Source: Gemmatimonadota bacterium (GTDB lineage: Bacteria; Latescibacterota; UBA2968; UBA8231). From it: a DNA stretch of 64,000 nt. The notes beneath the pieces are model-generated. The model was not told where the DNA came from. It made no database searches and saw only the letters and a list, made by a program, of their open reading frames with translations. The stretch spans positions 38,808-102,807 of the forward strand of contig JAYOYH010000008.1 of NCBI GenBank assembly GCA_038153405.1. The letters are read 5' to 3'. A program made the translations under genes and the position numbers. Shown piece by piece: positions 8,408-19,302 of the stretch; within the stretch, counting starts at the first letter, position 1; every line of letters begins with the position of its first letter.

Positions 8408-9586
8408 ATGAAAAACGCCCAAAAACCTCTCCGCGCACTAGCAGATCGGGGCAAAGAAGCCCTTCAGTCGCTCGCCGTGCAATTGGTATCGCAGCTGCTA
8501 TCCGAAGCCGGCCAAGGCAAGGCACTCGACAAAATCGTCAGTGCATTTGCGCGCAACCAAGCCTCTCTTATCAGCGGGCTATTAGGCAGTGCCGGCGTTG
8601 CCGGCGGCGCTTGGGCGGCCGTTTCTCTGTGGACTTCTTCGCTGGGGCTGTGGGGTAGCATTGGCTATGCTATGGGCTGGGTATCGCTGCCCTTCTGGAT
8701 TCCCATCGCCGGCGGCGCAGCCGGTCTCACCGCCGCGGGTGGAGCCATTTACAGCGTGCTCCACTTGGCCAAGGGGCGCACGCAGAGGCATCGACTGCGC
8801 GCCATCATCGGCTTCAGCAAAATGCTGAGCGGACGCGCGCATATGGAGGGAAGCGATGAGAAAGTCCTGCGCCGCTTTCTCAGAGCACAGGACATCGACG
8901 AAGCCGAAATCGCGCCCCTGCTGGCGACGACCCCACAGCAGGCTCAGCACCTGGCCAATCGCTTTCTTACACTCGACGACCGCCGCGAAATTGCTCGCTA
9001 TATTTTCCCCCTTGTCTATCAGGAGGAGGGCGTTATCGGCGACGGCGGCCGGCGGCGCTTCCACAACGTCTGTCAGCGTTTAAACCTGGGCGATGGTGCC
9101 GCGCGCGCAATCTCCCAGTCCTACCGCCAGCGCCTCGACGACCAGTGGACTTATATGGCCGAGCTGATCGCACTGCTCAACTACTTTGCCAGCGCGCTTG
9201 CATTCGACGGGCGCGAGATGGAAATCGTCCGCGAAGAGCTCCACCAATTGATGCGCTTTGACCCGCGGCGCGGGGCAAAAAATAAGTGCCAGCGGCTGCT
9301 GGAAACGCTGGGCGAAACCGACGGGGTCGCCGACCAGGTATACGCCGACCCCGTTGGCGAAGCCGCGCTCATGGGAGCCTATGCCATGGCGCATACGGCC
9401 GCGCCCGACCGCGAGGATAGCGGACCGCTGGTCGAGGCGTTTACCGCCCTGCTAGAGCGCACGCCTATCGACGCCAAAGAGCGCAGAAAAATGCAGCTCA
9501 GCCGCAAAAAAATAGACGATTTGTACCGGCTAACGCGCAGGCAGATCGCCCGCATGAAAACGGGAGAACACAGCGGAAAAAACTAG
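8408..9586 (+). CDS. Hypothetical membrane protein with a Gly-rich hydrophobic hairpin and possible TerB-like helical domain(s)
   Basis: ATG 8408 follows GGAG. Hydrophobic Gly/Ala-rich segment, then EEGVIGDGGRRRFHNVCQRLNL, which resembles TerB-type helices. Confidence 0.6.
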   Translation: MKNAQKPLRALADRGKEALQSLAVQLVSQLLSEAGQGKALDKIVSAFARNQASLISGLLGSAGVAGGAWAAVSLWTSSLGLWGSIGYAMGWVSLPFWIPIAGGAAGLTAAGGAIYSVLHLAKGRTQRHRLRAIIGFSKMLSGRAHMEGSDEKVLRRFLRAQDIDEAEIAPLLATTPQQAQHLANRFLTLDDRREIARYIFPLVYQEEGVIGDGGRRRFHNVCQRLNLGDGAARAISQSYRQRLDDQWTYMAELIALLNYFASALAFDGREMEIVREELHQLMRFDPRRGAKNKCQRLLETLGETDGVADQVYADPVGEAALMGAYAMAHTAAPDREDSGPLVEAFTALLERTPIDAKERRKMQLSRKKIDDLYRLTRRQIARMKTGEHSGKN

Positions 9587-9603
9587 CAGCCTCGGCGCTA
9601 TCC

Positions 9604-11610
<2,007 letters not shown>

Positions 11611-12786
11611 TTAGGCCAGCAATACGGGTGCGTTCTGCACCGGCGTGGTCACGCGCGGGCCGCGGCGCGGATCTACGTAGACGTCAATTTCCAAGCGCAC
11701 GCCAAATTCGGCCAGGTAGATCCCCGGTTCGATAGAAAATCCCGTTCCCGGCAGGATTTCGCGCGCGTCGCGCGTCTCTAAGTCATCCAAGTTGGCGCCC
11801 AGCGCGTGAATCGTCGGCCCCGGCCCTAGGCTGTGTCCCGTGCGGTGCACAAAGTGTGCGCCGTATCCAGCTTCCTCTATGTGGTCGCGGGCGACGCGAT
11901 CAAGCGCCCAACCCTGTACGACCTCGCCGCTGTTCCATGCCGACTGCGCCCTCTCGACGACGCGGTCGCGCGCTTCTCGAACAATCTCGAAGACGCGTAG
12001 ATGCTCGTCGGGCACGCGCGAGCCGGCATAGGCCACCCACGTCATATCGGCAAAGGGATGCGCTTCGCCCGGATGGCGTGCCCACAGGTCGATGAGAATC
12101 CAATCGCCGTGCTTGATCGGCACAAAGTCGCTCTCCTGCGGCGCGTAGTGCGGATCGCCGCTGTGACCATTGACCGCTACGATGGGCGGATGATCGATCT
12201 CCAACCCGCGCTCTTCCAACGCGGCGGCAATAAACTGCTGCACCTGATACTCGGTGAGCGCGGTGTGATTCTCCAGTCCATAGCGAATGTGCTCAAAGGC
12301 CTCGTCCTTCACTTCGGCCACCTGGCGACAGGCGTCTTCGTGCGCTTGTAGAGCCGCGCTGCTCCAGGTCGCCAAGGCCACCTGGCACAGGTCGGCCGAG
12401 GACACGACCTCTACGCCGAAGGAGCGCACCAAGTCGAGCGTGCCCCCGTCGACCCAGGATAGACCGGGCAGCTCGCCGCCCGGATAGTACTCCATCGCCA
12501 CGCGTTTCTTCCCTCGCAAGAACGCTTCGAGTTGGGCGCTCAGCTGCTGGCGGCTGGCATAGTGCTCTATGGCAAAGCCCAAATCGGCTAGCGCGGCCGG
12601 CTCGACAGCCGAGCCGAGTGCCTGCACCGCCCCTTCGCACGGCGCGCAGAGAAAGACGCGGCGCGTCGTCTGGCGGCGCTGGCCGGCCACTTGCCAAAAC
12701 ACGGGGTTAGAACCGCGAAAATCGTATAGTAGCCAGGCGTCTATCGCCCGCGCGCACATAGCTTGCCGTATGGCATCCCAGTCCAT
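11611..12786 (-). CDS. M24 family Xaa-Pro aminopeptidase-like protein
   Basis: DPHY, LIDLWA, ADMTW, HRTGHS, FSIEPGIY, GVRLE metal ligands. Confidence 0.92.
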   Translation of the reverse strand: MDWDAIRQAMCARAIDAWLLYDFRGSNPVFWQVAGQRRQTTRRVFLCAPCEGAVQALGSAVEPAALADLGFAIEHYASRQQLSAQLEAFLRGKKRVAMEYYPGGELPGLSWVDGGTLDLVRSFGVEVVSSADLCQVALATWSSAALQAHEDACRQVAEVKDEAFEHIRYGLENHTALTEYQVQQFIAAALEERGLEIDHPPIVAVNGHSGDPHYAPQESDFVPIKHGDWILIDLWARHPGEAHPFADMTWVAYAGSRVPDEHLRVFEIVREARDRVVERAQSAWNSGEVVQGWALDRVARDHIEEAGYGAHFVHRTGHSLGPGPTIHALGANLDDLETRDAREILPGTGFSIEPGIYLAEFGVRLEIDVYVDPRRGPRVTTPVQNAPVLLA

Positions 12787-12792
12787 CGATCA

Positions 12793-13686
12793 TCATTCTC
12801 CCAGTTGGGTTAACTCCGTTTTAAGCCACGCCAATTCCTCGTCCAGCGGCCAGGGCGCAAAGCCGAGTCGACGCGCCTTGGCACAGTCGAGCGAGACGTC
12901 CTTTGCCCGCGGAGCGGCCATCGGCACATCGGCCTGCAAACACGGCTGAATCGCCTCGATGGGCAGCGCAAAGGCCTCCAGCAGGCGGTAGCCAAAGTCG
13001 CAGCGCGAGATGCGCTCGGCCCCTCCCAAGTGCAAGGTCTGCCCGCGCCCCTCCTCCAGTGCCAGAAAGAGTCCCTGCACGGCGGCGCGCGCCGAAGCCG
13101 GCGTGCGGTATTCGTCGGTGAACAAGCGGAGGCGGTCGCCCGCACGCGCCGCTTGCAGCATGGGCTGTACAAAGCTGCCGGCGGCCGCATGGGCCGGACC
13201 GAACATCAGGGGCATGCGGCAGATGCAGGCGTCCGGATAGCTCCTGCGCACGGCCTGTTCCCCGGCGGCCTTTGACGCGCCATAGACGTTGACAGGCCTC
13301 GGCGCATCTTCCTCGCCGTAGGGCGCACGGCCCTCGCCGAAGACGAGATCGGTCGAGGTGTAAACCAGCGGAATGCGGCGCGCGGCGCACAGCGCGGCCA
13401 GCGTCGCGGAAACATCTGCGTTCTGGCGCCAAGCCTCTTCGCGGTGGTTCTGACAGTAGTTGGGATCGGTGCGCGCGGCGGCGTGCAGCACCGCATCGGG
13501 AGACAGGCGGGCAAACAGCGCTTCAACGGCGGCCGTATCGGTCAGGTCAATCCGCTCGCTCACCGCATTGGGCAACTCGATAGAGCGCGTTCGCACCGTG
13601 CCAATGACGTCCCAGGCCGGCGGCGCCAAACGCGCGGCGTTCCACCCGAGAAAACCGCTCATCCCGGTGAGCAGGAGCCGGGGCAT
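12793..13686 (-). CDS. Extended SDR, RmlD (dTDP-4-dehydrorhamnose reductase)-like
   Basis: TGMSGFLG, STDLVF, PVNVYGASK, DEYRTP. Confidence 0.88.
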   Translation of the reverse strand: MPRLLLTGMSGFLGWNAARLAPPAWDVIGTVRTRSIELPNAVSERIDLTDTAAVEALFARLSPDAVLHAAARTDPNYCQNHREEAWRQNADVSATLAALCAARRIPLVYTSTDLVFGEGRAPYGEEDAPRPVNVYGASKAAGEQAVRRSYPDACICRMPLMFGPAHAAAGSFVQPMLQAARAGDRLRLFTDEYRTPASARAAVQGLFLALEEGRGQTLHLGGAERISRCDFGYRLLEAFALPIEAIQPCLQADVPMAAPRAKDVSLDCAKARRLGFAPWPLDEELAWLKTELTQLGE

Positions 13687-16457
13687 CAGGCCACCTCGGC
13701 AAAATGGGCGCGCAGATAGCGCCCCGTCAACGAAGCCTCCACCTCGGCGACCACGCGCGGCGAACCGGCCGCGACGACGCGCCCTCCATCCCCACCAGCT
13801 CCGGGGCCTAGGTCAATGAGCCAGTCGACGGCGGCCAGCAGTTCAATGTGATGCTCGACCACAAGGACGCTATTGCCCTCGTCGACCAAGCGCTGCAGCA
13901 GCCCCAGCAGCAGGCGCACGTCCTCCAGGTGCAATCCCGTCGTCGGCTCGTCCAGTATATAAAGTGTGCCGCCCTGGCGCGGACGGCCCAACTCGGCGGC
14001 TAGTTTTACGCGCTGCGCCTCGCCGCCGGAAAAGCTCGGCGCCGCCTGTCCCAGGCGCAGGTAGCCCAAGCCGACGTCGCAGAGCACGCGCAATCTTCGA
14101 GCCAATTCGGGCACGGCTTCAAAAAACGCGTGCGCCTCCTCAACGCTCATTTCCAACACGTCGGCAATGTGTCGATCGCGAAAGCGCACGTCCAATATTT
14201 CGCCGCGGTAACGCTGCCCGTCACAGGTGCCGCATTCGCTCTCCAACGCACCCCATAGGCTGTCGCCAAGGGCGCGCACGCCGCTGCCACCGCACGTATC
14301 GCAGGCGCCCTGCGGGGCATTGAAACTAAAGTGGGCGGCCCCGTAGGCGCGCATGCGCGCGGCGGGAAGCTCGGCAAAGAGTCGTCGTATGGGAGCGAAT
14401 AGGCCGGTATACGTAGCTGCATTAGAGCGCCTAGTCCGCCCGATGGGATGCTGATCGATAGCGATGACCCGCTCGATGTGCTCTGCTCCCTCACAGCGCG
14501 CGTAGGCTAGCGGACGGCGGGTACTAGCATGCAACTGAGCCGCCAGCAGCGGGTAGAGCGTCTCGTCGACCAGCGAGCTTTTGCCCGAACCGGACAGTCC
14601 GCTCACGCCCACCAAATTGCCCAGCGGAAACGCCACCTGGTCGATGGTCAAGTTGTGGCCGCGGGCCCCGTATAGCCGCAGCCAACCCCTGGCCGCCAGC
14701 GGCCGTTCCACCGCCGCGTCGAGGCTCAGCGCACCGCGCAAATGGCGCGCCGTTAGCGAATCCCCCAGCGCCACGTCCCGAGGCGGGCCGCTGGCCACGA
14801 CTCGACCGCCGCGTTCGCCCGCTCCGGGCCCCATATCGACCAGCCAATCGGCCCGCTCCAGCAGCGCGCGGTCGTGTTCGACGACGAGCACCGTGTTGCC
14901 GGCATCGCGCAGCGCTTCTAACGCGGCGACTAAGCGCTCGGCGTCGCAGGCGTGCAGCCCGGCGCTCGGCTCGTCGAGCACGTAGAGCATCTGCGTCATA
15001 CCCGATTCCAGCGCAGCGCCTAGGCGCAGGCGCTGATGCTCGCCATAGGACAGCGATGATGCGCTGCGCGCCAGCTGCAAATAGCCGACGCCCAAGTCGT
15101 CGAGCACGCGCAGGCGATCCAGCAAATAGCGCGACAGTTCAGCGCCAATCTGCGCGCGCTCTTGGGCGAATTCCAACTCGCCGACAAAGCGCAATGCCTC
15201 GCCGATTGACAGCGCGCAAAACTGACCGATGCTCAGTCCGCCCACTTCTACCGCCAGCGCTTCTGGCCGCAGGCGCAAACCGCCACAGGCGACGCACTCG
15301 ACGTCGTCAAAGCGCTCTTCTAACCAGGCCAGTTCATCGCCCTTTGCCCGGGCGGCAATCTGCTCGATGCTGCGGCGCAGTCCGACAAACGCGCCGCGCC
15401 CCTTGTATCCATCCCACAGCCGCTGGAGCACGGCCTCATCCCATTCTATCAGCGGTGTATCGCCGTCCACGCCGTGGCGCTGACAGAAAGCCGCGAGCTT
15501 TTCGCGCAACGCGCCGTGGCCAAAATCATGCCACAGGCGACCAACCGCCTCGTCGAGCGACAGCGTCCAACCACCCAATACGCGCTCCATGCTCATGCCG
15601 GCCTGCTGACCCAAACCGCGGCAGATCGGGCAAGCCCCCTGTGCGCTATTGAACGAGAATAGGGGTAGATCGATAGTTGCAAACGGCGCTCCGCACTGCG
15701 CACAGGCCGGTTCAACGGCGAAGAACAGGTCTCGTTCAACCCCCTTTCTCGCCAGTATGACCTGTCCAGCGGACAGCGCTAGGGCCGCCTGCAGCGACCC
15801 GCGCAAGCGGCGCACCGCTTCCGGTTTGACGACGAGGCGATCGACGACAATCTCCATGCGTTTGCCCGATTCCAACTCGCCTTCGTCCAGCTCTTCGAGC
15901 AGGCACTCCACGCCGCCTAGGCGCAGGCGGCGATAGCCAGAGCGGTCGATCTCATCAATGACTTCATGCGCACTGCGACCCGCTGCAACGCGCAGCGGCG
16001 CCAGCACCAATAGGCGCGTCCCCTCAACAAAGCCCAGCGCCGTTTCATAGACTTCTTCAAAGCGATGCACTAGCACCGAAGCACCGCACTCCATGCAGTG
16101 CGGCTTTCCAAGGCGAGCAAAGAGCAGGCGCACGCAATCGTATAGACCCGCCAGCGTGGCCACCGTGGAGCGCGGATTGGCGCGAATCGCCCCCTGCTGG
16201 AGAGCCAGCGCGGGCGCCAGCCCCTCTAAGCGCGCGACGCGCGGTGGACGCATGCTCTGCCAGCTGGCGGTGCGCCCCCCTTCCAACGCCGCTAAAAAGC
16301 GCCGACGCGCTTCGGCATAGACGACATCGTAGACCAGCGAGGTCTTACCCGAGCCCGATACGCCACTGATGGCAACCAACTGGCCGTGCGGCAAGTCTAA
16401 GTCAACAGAGCACAGGTTGTGCTCGGCAGCGCCGCGGATATGCACATGGCCATTCAT
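13686..16457 (-). CDS. uvrA: UvrA-family excinuclease ATPase (divergent homolog)
   Basis: GAAEHNL, Walker A motifs GVSGSGKT and GLSGSGKS, LDEPSAGLH and LDEPTTGLH, three CxxC zinc modules, FSFN motifs. Start set at ATG 16457. Confidence 0.9.
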   Translation of the reverse strand: MNGHVHIRGAAEHNLCSVDLDLPHGQLVAISGVSGSGKTSLVYDVVYAEARRRFLAALEGGRTASWQSMRPPRVARLEGLAPALALQQGAIRANPRSTVATLAGLYDCVRLLFARLGKPHCMECGASVLVHRFEEVYETALGFVEGTRLLVLAPLRVAAGRSAHEVIDEIDRSGYRRLRLGGVECLLEELDEGELESGKRMEIVVDRLVVKPEAVRRLRGSLQAALALSAGQVILARKGVERDLFFAVEPACAQCGAPFATIDLPLFSFNSAQGACPICRGLGQQAGMSMERVLGGWTLSLDEAVGRLWHDFGHGALREKLAAFCQRHGVDGDTPLIEWDEAVLQRLWDGYKGRGAFVGLRRSIEQIAARAKGDELAWLEERFDDVECVACGGLRLRPEALAVEVGGLSIGQFCALSIGEALRFVGELEFAQERAQIGAELSRYLLDRLRVLDDLGVGYLQLARSASSLSYGEHQRLRLGAALESGMTQMLYVLDEPSAGLHACDAERLVAALEALRDAGNTVLVVEHDRALLERADWLVDMGPGAGERGGRVVASGPPRDVALGDSLTARHLRGALSLDAAVERPLAARGWLRLYGARGHNLTIDQVAFPLGNLVGVSGLSGSGKSSLVDETLYPLLAAQLHASTRRPLAYARCEGAEHIERVIAIDQHPIGRTRRSNAATYTGLFAPIRRLFAELPAARMRAYGAAHFSFNAPQGACDTCGGSGVRALGDSLWGALESECGTCDGQRYRGEILDVRFRDRHIADVLEMSVEEAHAFFEAVPELARRLRVLCDVGLGYLRLGQAAPSFSGGEAQRVKLAAELGRPRQGGTLYILDEPTTGLHLEDVRLLLGLLQRLVDEGNSVLVVEHHIELLAAVDWLIDLGPGAGGDGGRVVAAGSPRVVAEVEASLTGRYLRAHFAEVA

Positions 16458-16547
16458 AGCGTTTAAACCCGCTTTTCCGCTTGACAGAAAGTCGATATCG
16501 CCTTTACTAAAATATACAATTCGTCCTTTCCGGAGGTCCATCGAACA

Positions 16548-17330
16548 TTGCTTAGATCGTGCCGTTTTGCCGCGCGCGTGCGCCGGCTCATCGCCTGTGC
16601 AACGCTCATCTGCGCCGCCTCAGCGCCCGCTCAGATGACCATTACGGGCACGTCCGAAGCCGGGCGCCGCCTGTTTTACTCGCCGACGATTAGCACCAAC
16701 GGCCTCTCCTGCGCGGACTGCCACGCCGACTTCGACGAAGACAAACACGACGACGGCCTGATCCGCGCCGGTCACAGCCTCTTCAGCGCCTACTATCGGA
16801 CGACCTGGTGGGGCAAGGACCCGGAAGCAGACGACGCCTACGCGACCATCGACGAGGCAGCCGTCGTCTGCGTGCTGCACTACATGCGCAACAAGGATAA
16901 GCTGACCGCTCAGCAGCAGCTCGACCTGCGCGCCTATTTGAAGGCCATTTCACAGCGCGTGCTATACACGCCGCTGGCGATCGCCCCGGCAGCAGATCAA
17001 ACGGGAGCATACGCCGGCTTTGGCGGTGGCAATCGCCTCAACGGCAAAGCGCTGTTCTACGCGGCCTGCCACAGTTGCCATCCCAACGCCAATGCCGGCA
17101 TCGCCCCCGCGCCCATCCCGCGCGACCGAGAGCCGGCCTACTACGCGCGCATTATTCGCGAGGGAGACGGCCTCGGGGCCGTTCTATCGGGCATCGACCC
17201 CAACGCCTACAGCTACAAAAGCGGGCGCTTCAGCCCATTTTTTGGTGCCGATCGCCTGAGCGATGCGCAGATCCGCGACATCATCGCCTATATCAAAAGT
17301 TTGCCGCCGCCCGGCCAGCGCGCAAACTAA
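16548..17330 (+). CDS. Exported diheme c-type cytochrome (TsdA/SoxA-like layout)
   Basis: Signal peptide, CADCH and CHSCH heme motifs, and C-terminal LSDAQIRDIIAYIKSL helix. Exact start uncertain. Confidence 0.85.
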   Translation: MLRSCRFAARVRRLIACATLICAASAPAQMTITGTSEAGRRLFYSPTISTNGLSCADCHADFDEDKHDDGLIRAGHSLFSAYYRTTWWGKDPEADDAYATIDEAAVVCVLHYMRNKDKLTAQQQLDLRAYLKAISQRVLYTPLAIAPAADQTGAYAGFGGGNRLNGKALFYAACHSCHPNANAGIAPAPIPRDREPAYYARIIREGDGLGAVLSGIDPNAYSYKSGRFSPFFGADRLSDAQIRDIIAYIKSLPPPGQRAN

Positions 17331-18537
17331 GCAGCACCCAGACCAGGCGCCCCAGATGAAAAACCAATGTGAGCGCCATCCATCCCACCAACCCATACCA
17401 CCACGGTAGCAAGGCATTGGTCAGCGCACCGATCGTCAGCAGCAGCAGCGCGATATTGCGCCGCGCTGCCACCAGGTGAAAGCGCGCATCGACGGGCCGG
17501 TAGTCAAATAGCTCTCTACCTACCCACTTCTTGAATAAGCCACTGCACACTTTGTCGGTCAGAAAGAGTAATAGCATTATCCAAGTGCTTAGCGCAATTG
17601 GCTCTGCAACAAGGAGTTGCCCTTCGCTAATATGCCATCCAATGGCCAGGAACCACAGGGCGAGCCCCGGCATGGCGGCGACGTGTTCAAAGGCCCCCAT
17701 CGCATCGCTGAGATGCAGGCGCAAACGCGCTAGCTTGCCGTCAATCGAATCCAGAATAACGCCACCCCAAGCCACTGCCAGCCCCGCCCCAACCCATCCG
17801 CTGGCAATGAGCGGACTGGCCCCCCAAACGCACAGGACCGATAGCACAGTGTAGAAATTGGGCGTCGAGCGGCCGCGGGCAAGGTGGCGAGTAATCCAAC
17901 GCACGAGATGGTAGTAGCCGTAGCGCGCCACCCCGTCAATCGCCCCTTTAAAGGTGCGCCGGTACATTAGGTGATCCACTGTACGCAGGTCGCCATCCGC
18001 TTGCAGCAGATATATATAAGCGGGCATATGCAGGCGCAGAGACGCCACGTAAGGATCCAAATCCACCGCAGAGCACACCTCCAGCCGCGCCGACGCCCAC
18101 GCCACAAGCTCGGACCAATGACCTACCTTATCGGCCAGTTCGGCGCACTCTTCAACGCCGAGAAAGAGGGCCGCGCGCGGCCCGTCAACCACGGCACACC
18201 CCCTGCCGCCGGCCAGCACATGGCCCAACACGCGATCGTCGTACACCGCATCGCCGGCCAGCAAAACCAACGCCTCCTCGGCGTGCGCCAGATGCGCAAA
18301 AACAGCCCTTTCATCGGCCACTTCCAGCGCTTCGATTTCGGCGTCGTAAAGGCGGTGCAGATCGGCGCGCATCTCGACGCTAGCCGCCCGCGTCTGCTCG
18401 GTGACCAACAGAGTAAAGCGCCGGCAGCCGCGCAGGGCCATCTCGCGCACCTGGCGCTCGACCAGATGCATACCCCACAGTTGGCGAGCAGACGCCGGAC
18501 GCGTCGCATCGATCCACACCGGCGGCCTGTCTGTCAT
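17293..18537 (-). CDS. CDP-alcohol phosphotransferase family protein with a degenerate N-terminal nucleotidyltransferase-like domain
   Basis: TPN motif and LDSIDGKLAR. ATG 18537 overlaps the upstream TGA. The 3' end overlaps the cytochrome gene convergently. Confidence 0.85.
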   Translation of the reverse strand: MTDRPPVWIDATRPASARQLWGMHLVERQVREMALRGCRRFTLLVTEQTRAASVEMRADLHRLYDAEIEALEVADERAVFAHLAHAEEALVLLAGDAVYDDRVLGHVLAGGRGCAVVDGPRAALFLGVEECAELADKVGHWSELVAWASARLEVCSAVDLDPYVASLRLHMPAYIYLLQADGDLRTVDHLMYRRTFKGAIDGVARYGYYHLVRWITRHLARGRSTPNFYTVLSVLCVWGASPLIASGWVGAGLAVAWGGVILDSIDGKLARLRLHLSDAMGAFEHVAAMPGLALWFLAIGWHISEGQLLVAEPIALSTWIMLLLFLTDKVCSGLFKKWVGRELFDYRPVDARFHLVAARRNIALLLLTIGALTNALLPWWYGLVGWMALTLVFHLGRLVWVLLSLRAGRAAANF

Positions 18538-19247
18538 CAGCTCATCCGCGGCACAACGCGCTCTACGGCGCGCTGATAGTCCTCCAACGAGTCGACTTCG
18601 CCCCAGGCCAGATCGCCGACCTCGACAGCAAAGAGCGAGCGCTCGGCAATGAGCGGTCCGTAAGCCAATGTGGGATAGGCATCTCGATGGTTTTCCTCGA
18701 CCAGCCGCACCACTTCCCGGCGCACGGCGCGCGCGCCGGCTGCGGAGAATTTGACCAGCTGCACGCTCTGGGCCTGCGCAGCCTGCGGATCCAGCGACTT
18801 GCTGATGGCAGTGATGCAACCCGCCCCATCGCAGCAAATATTCATTTCACCTTCTACCCGCTCGACTCCTCCATCGGCGGCGACGACGTTGGCGTGCGGC
18901 GCATCCACCATGCGCTTGAGGACCTGCGGTCCAAAGAGTATATCGCAGTTAAATAGAAAGGTGTCGTCATCCAGTTCGTCGGCCGCCATATAGAGCGAGT
19001 AGATGCTATTGGTCTGCAAATAGTCGGTGTTGTCGATATAGCGAGCACGCTGGCCGCAGTGGGCGCGAACCTGATCGGCCTTGCACCCGACGACCAAGAC
19101 GACATCGTCGACGCCGACCGAGTGCAGGGCCTCCATCTGGTAATCTATGAGCGGCTTGCCGGCAAGGGCTACGAGGCACTTGGGCCGATCATCGGTCAGA
19201 GGCTGCAGGCGCGTCCCCGCCCCAGCAGCCAGTATAATAGCGCGCAT
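18537..19247 (-). CDS. Phosphocholine/phosphoalcohol cytidylyltransferase (LicC/IPCT-like)
   Basis: AIILAAGAGTRL...PKCL, NSIYSL, NCDILF, WGEVDSLED. Confidence 0.9.
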   Translation of the reverse strand: MRAIILAAGAGTRLQPLTDDRPKCLVALAGKPLIDYQMEALHSVGVDDVVLVVGCKADQVRAHCGQRARYIDNTDYLQTNSIYSLYMAADELDDDTFLFNCDILFGPQVLKRMVDAPHANVVAADGGVERVEGEMNICCDGAGCITAISKSLDPQAAQAQSVQLVKFSAAGARAVRREVVRLVEENHRDAYPTLAYGPLIAERSLFAVEVGDLAWGEVDSLEDYQRAVERVVPRMS

Positions 19248-19302
19248 AGCTCAGGCTCTCTCCCGACAAAGACAAACGATAAAAAAAATCATATAGTTCA
19301 CA

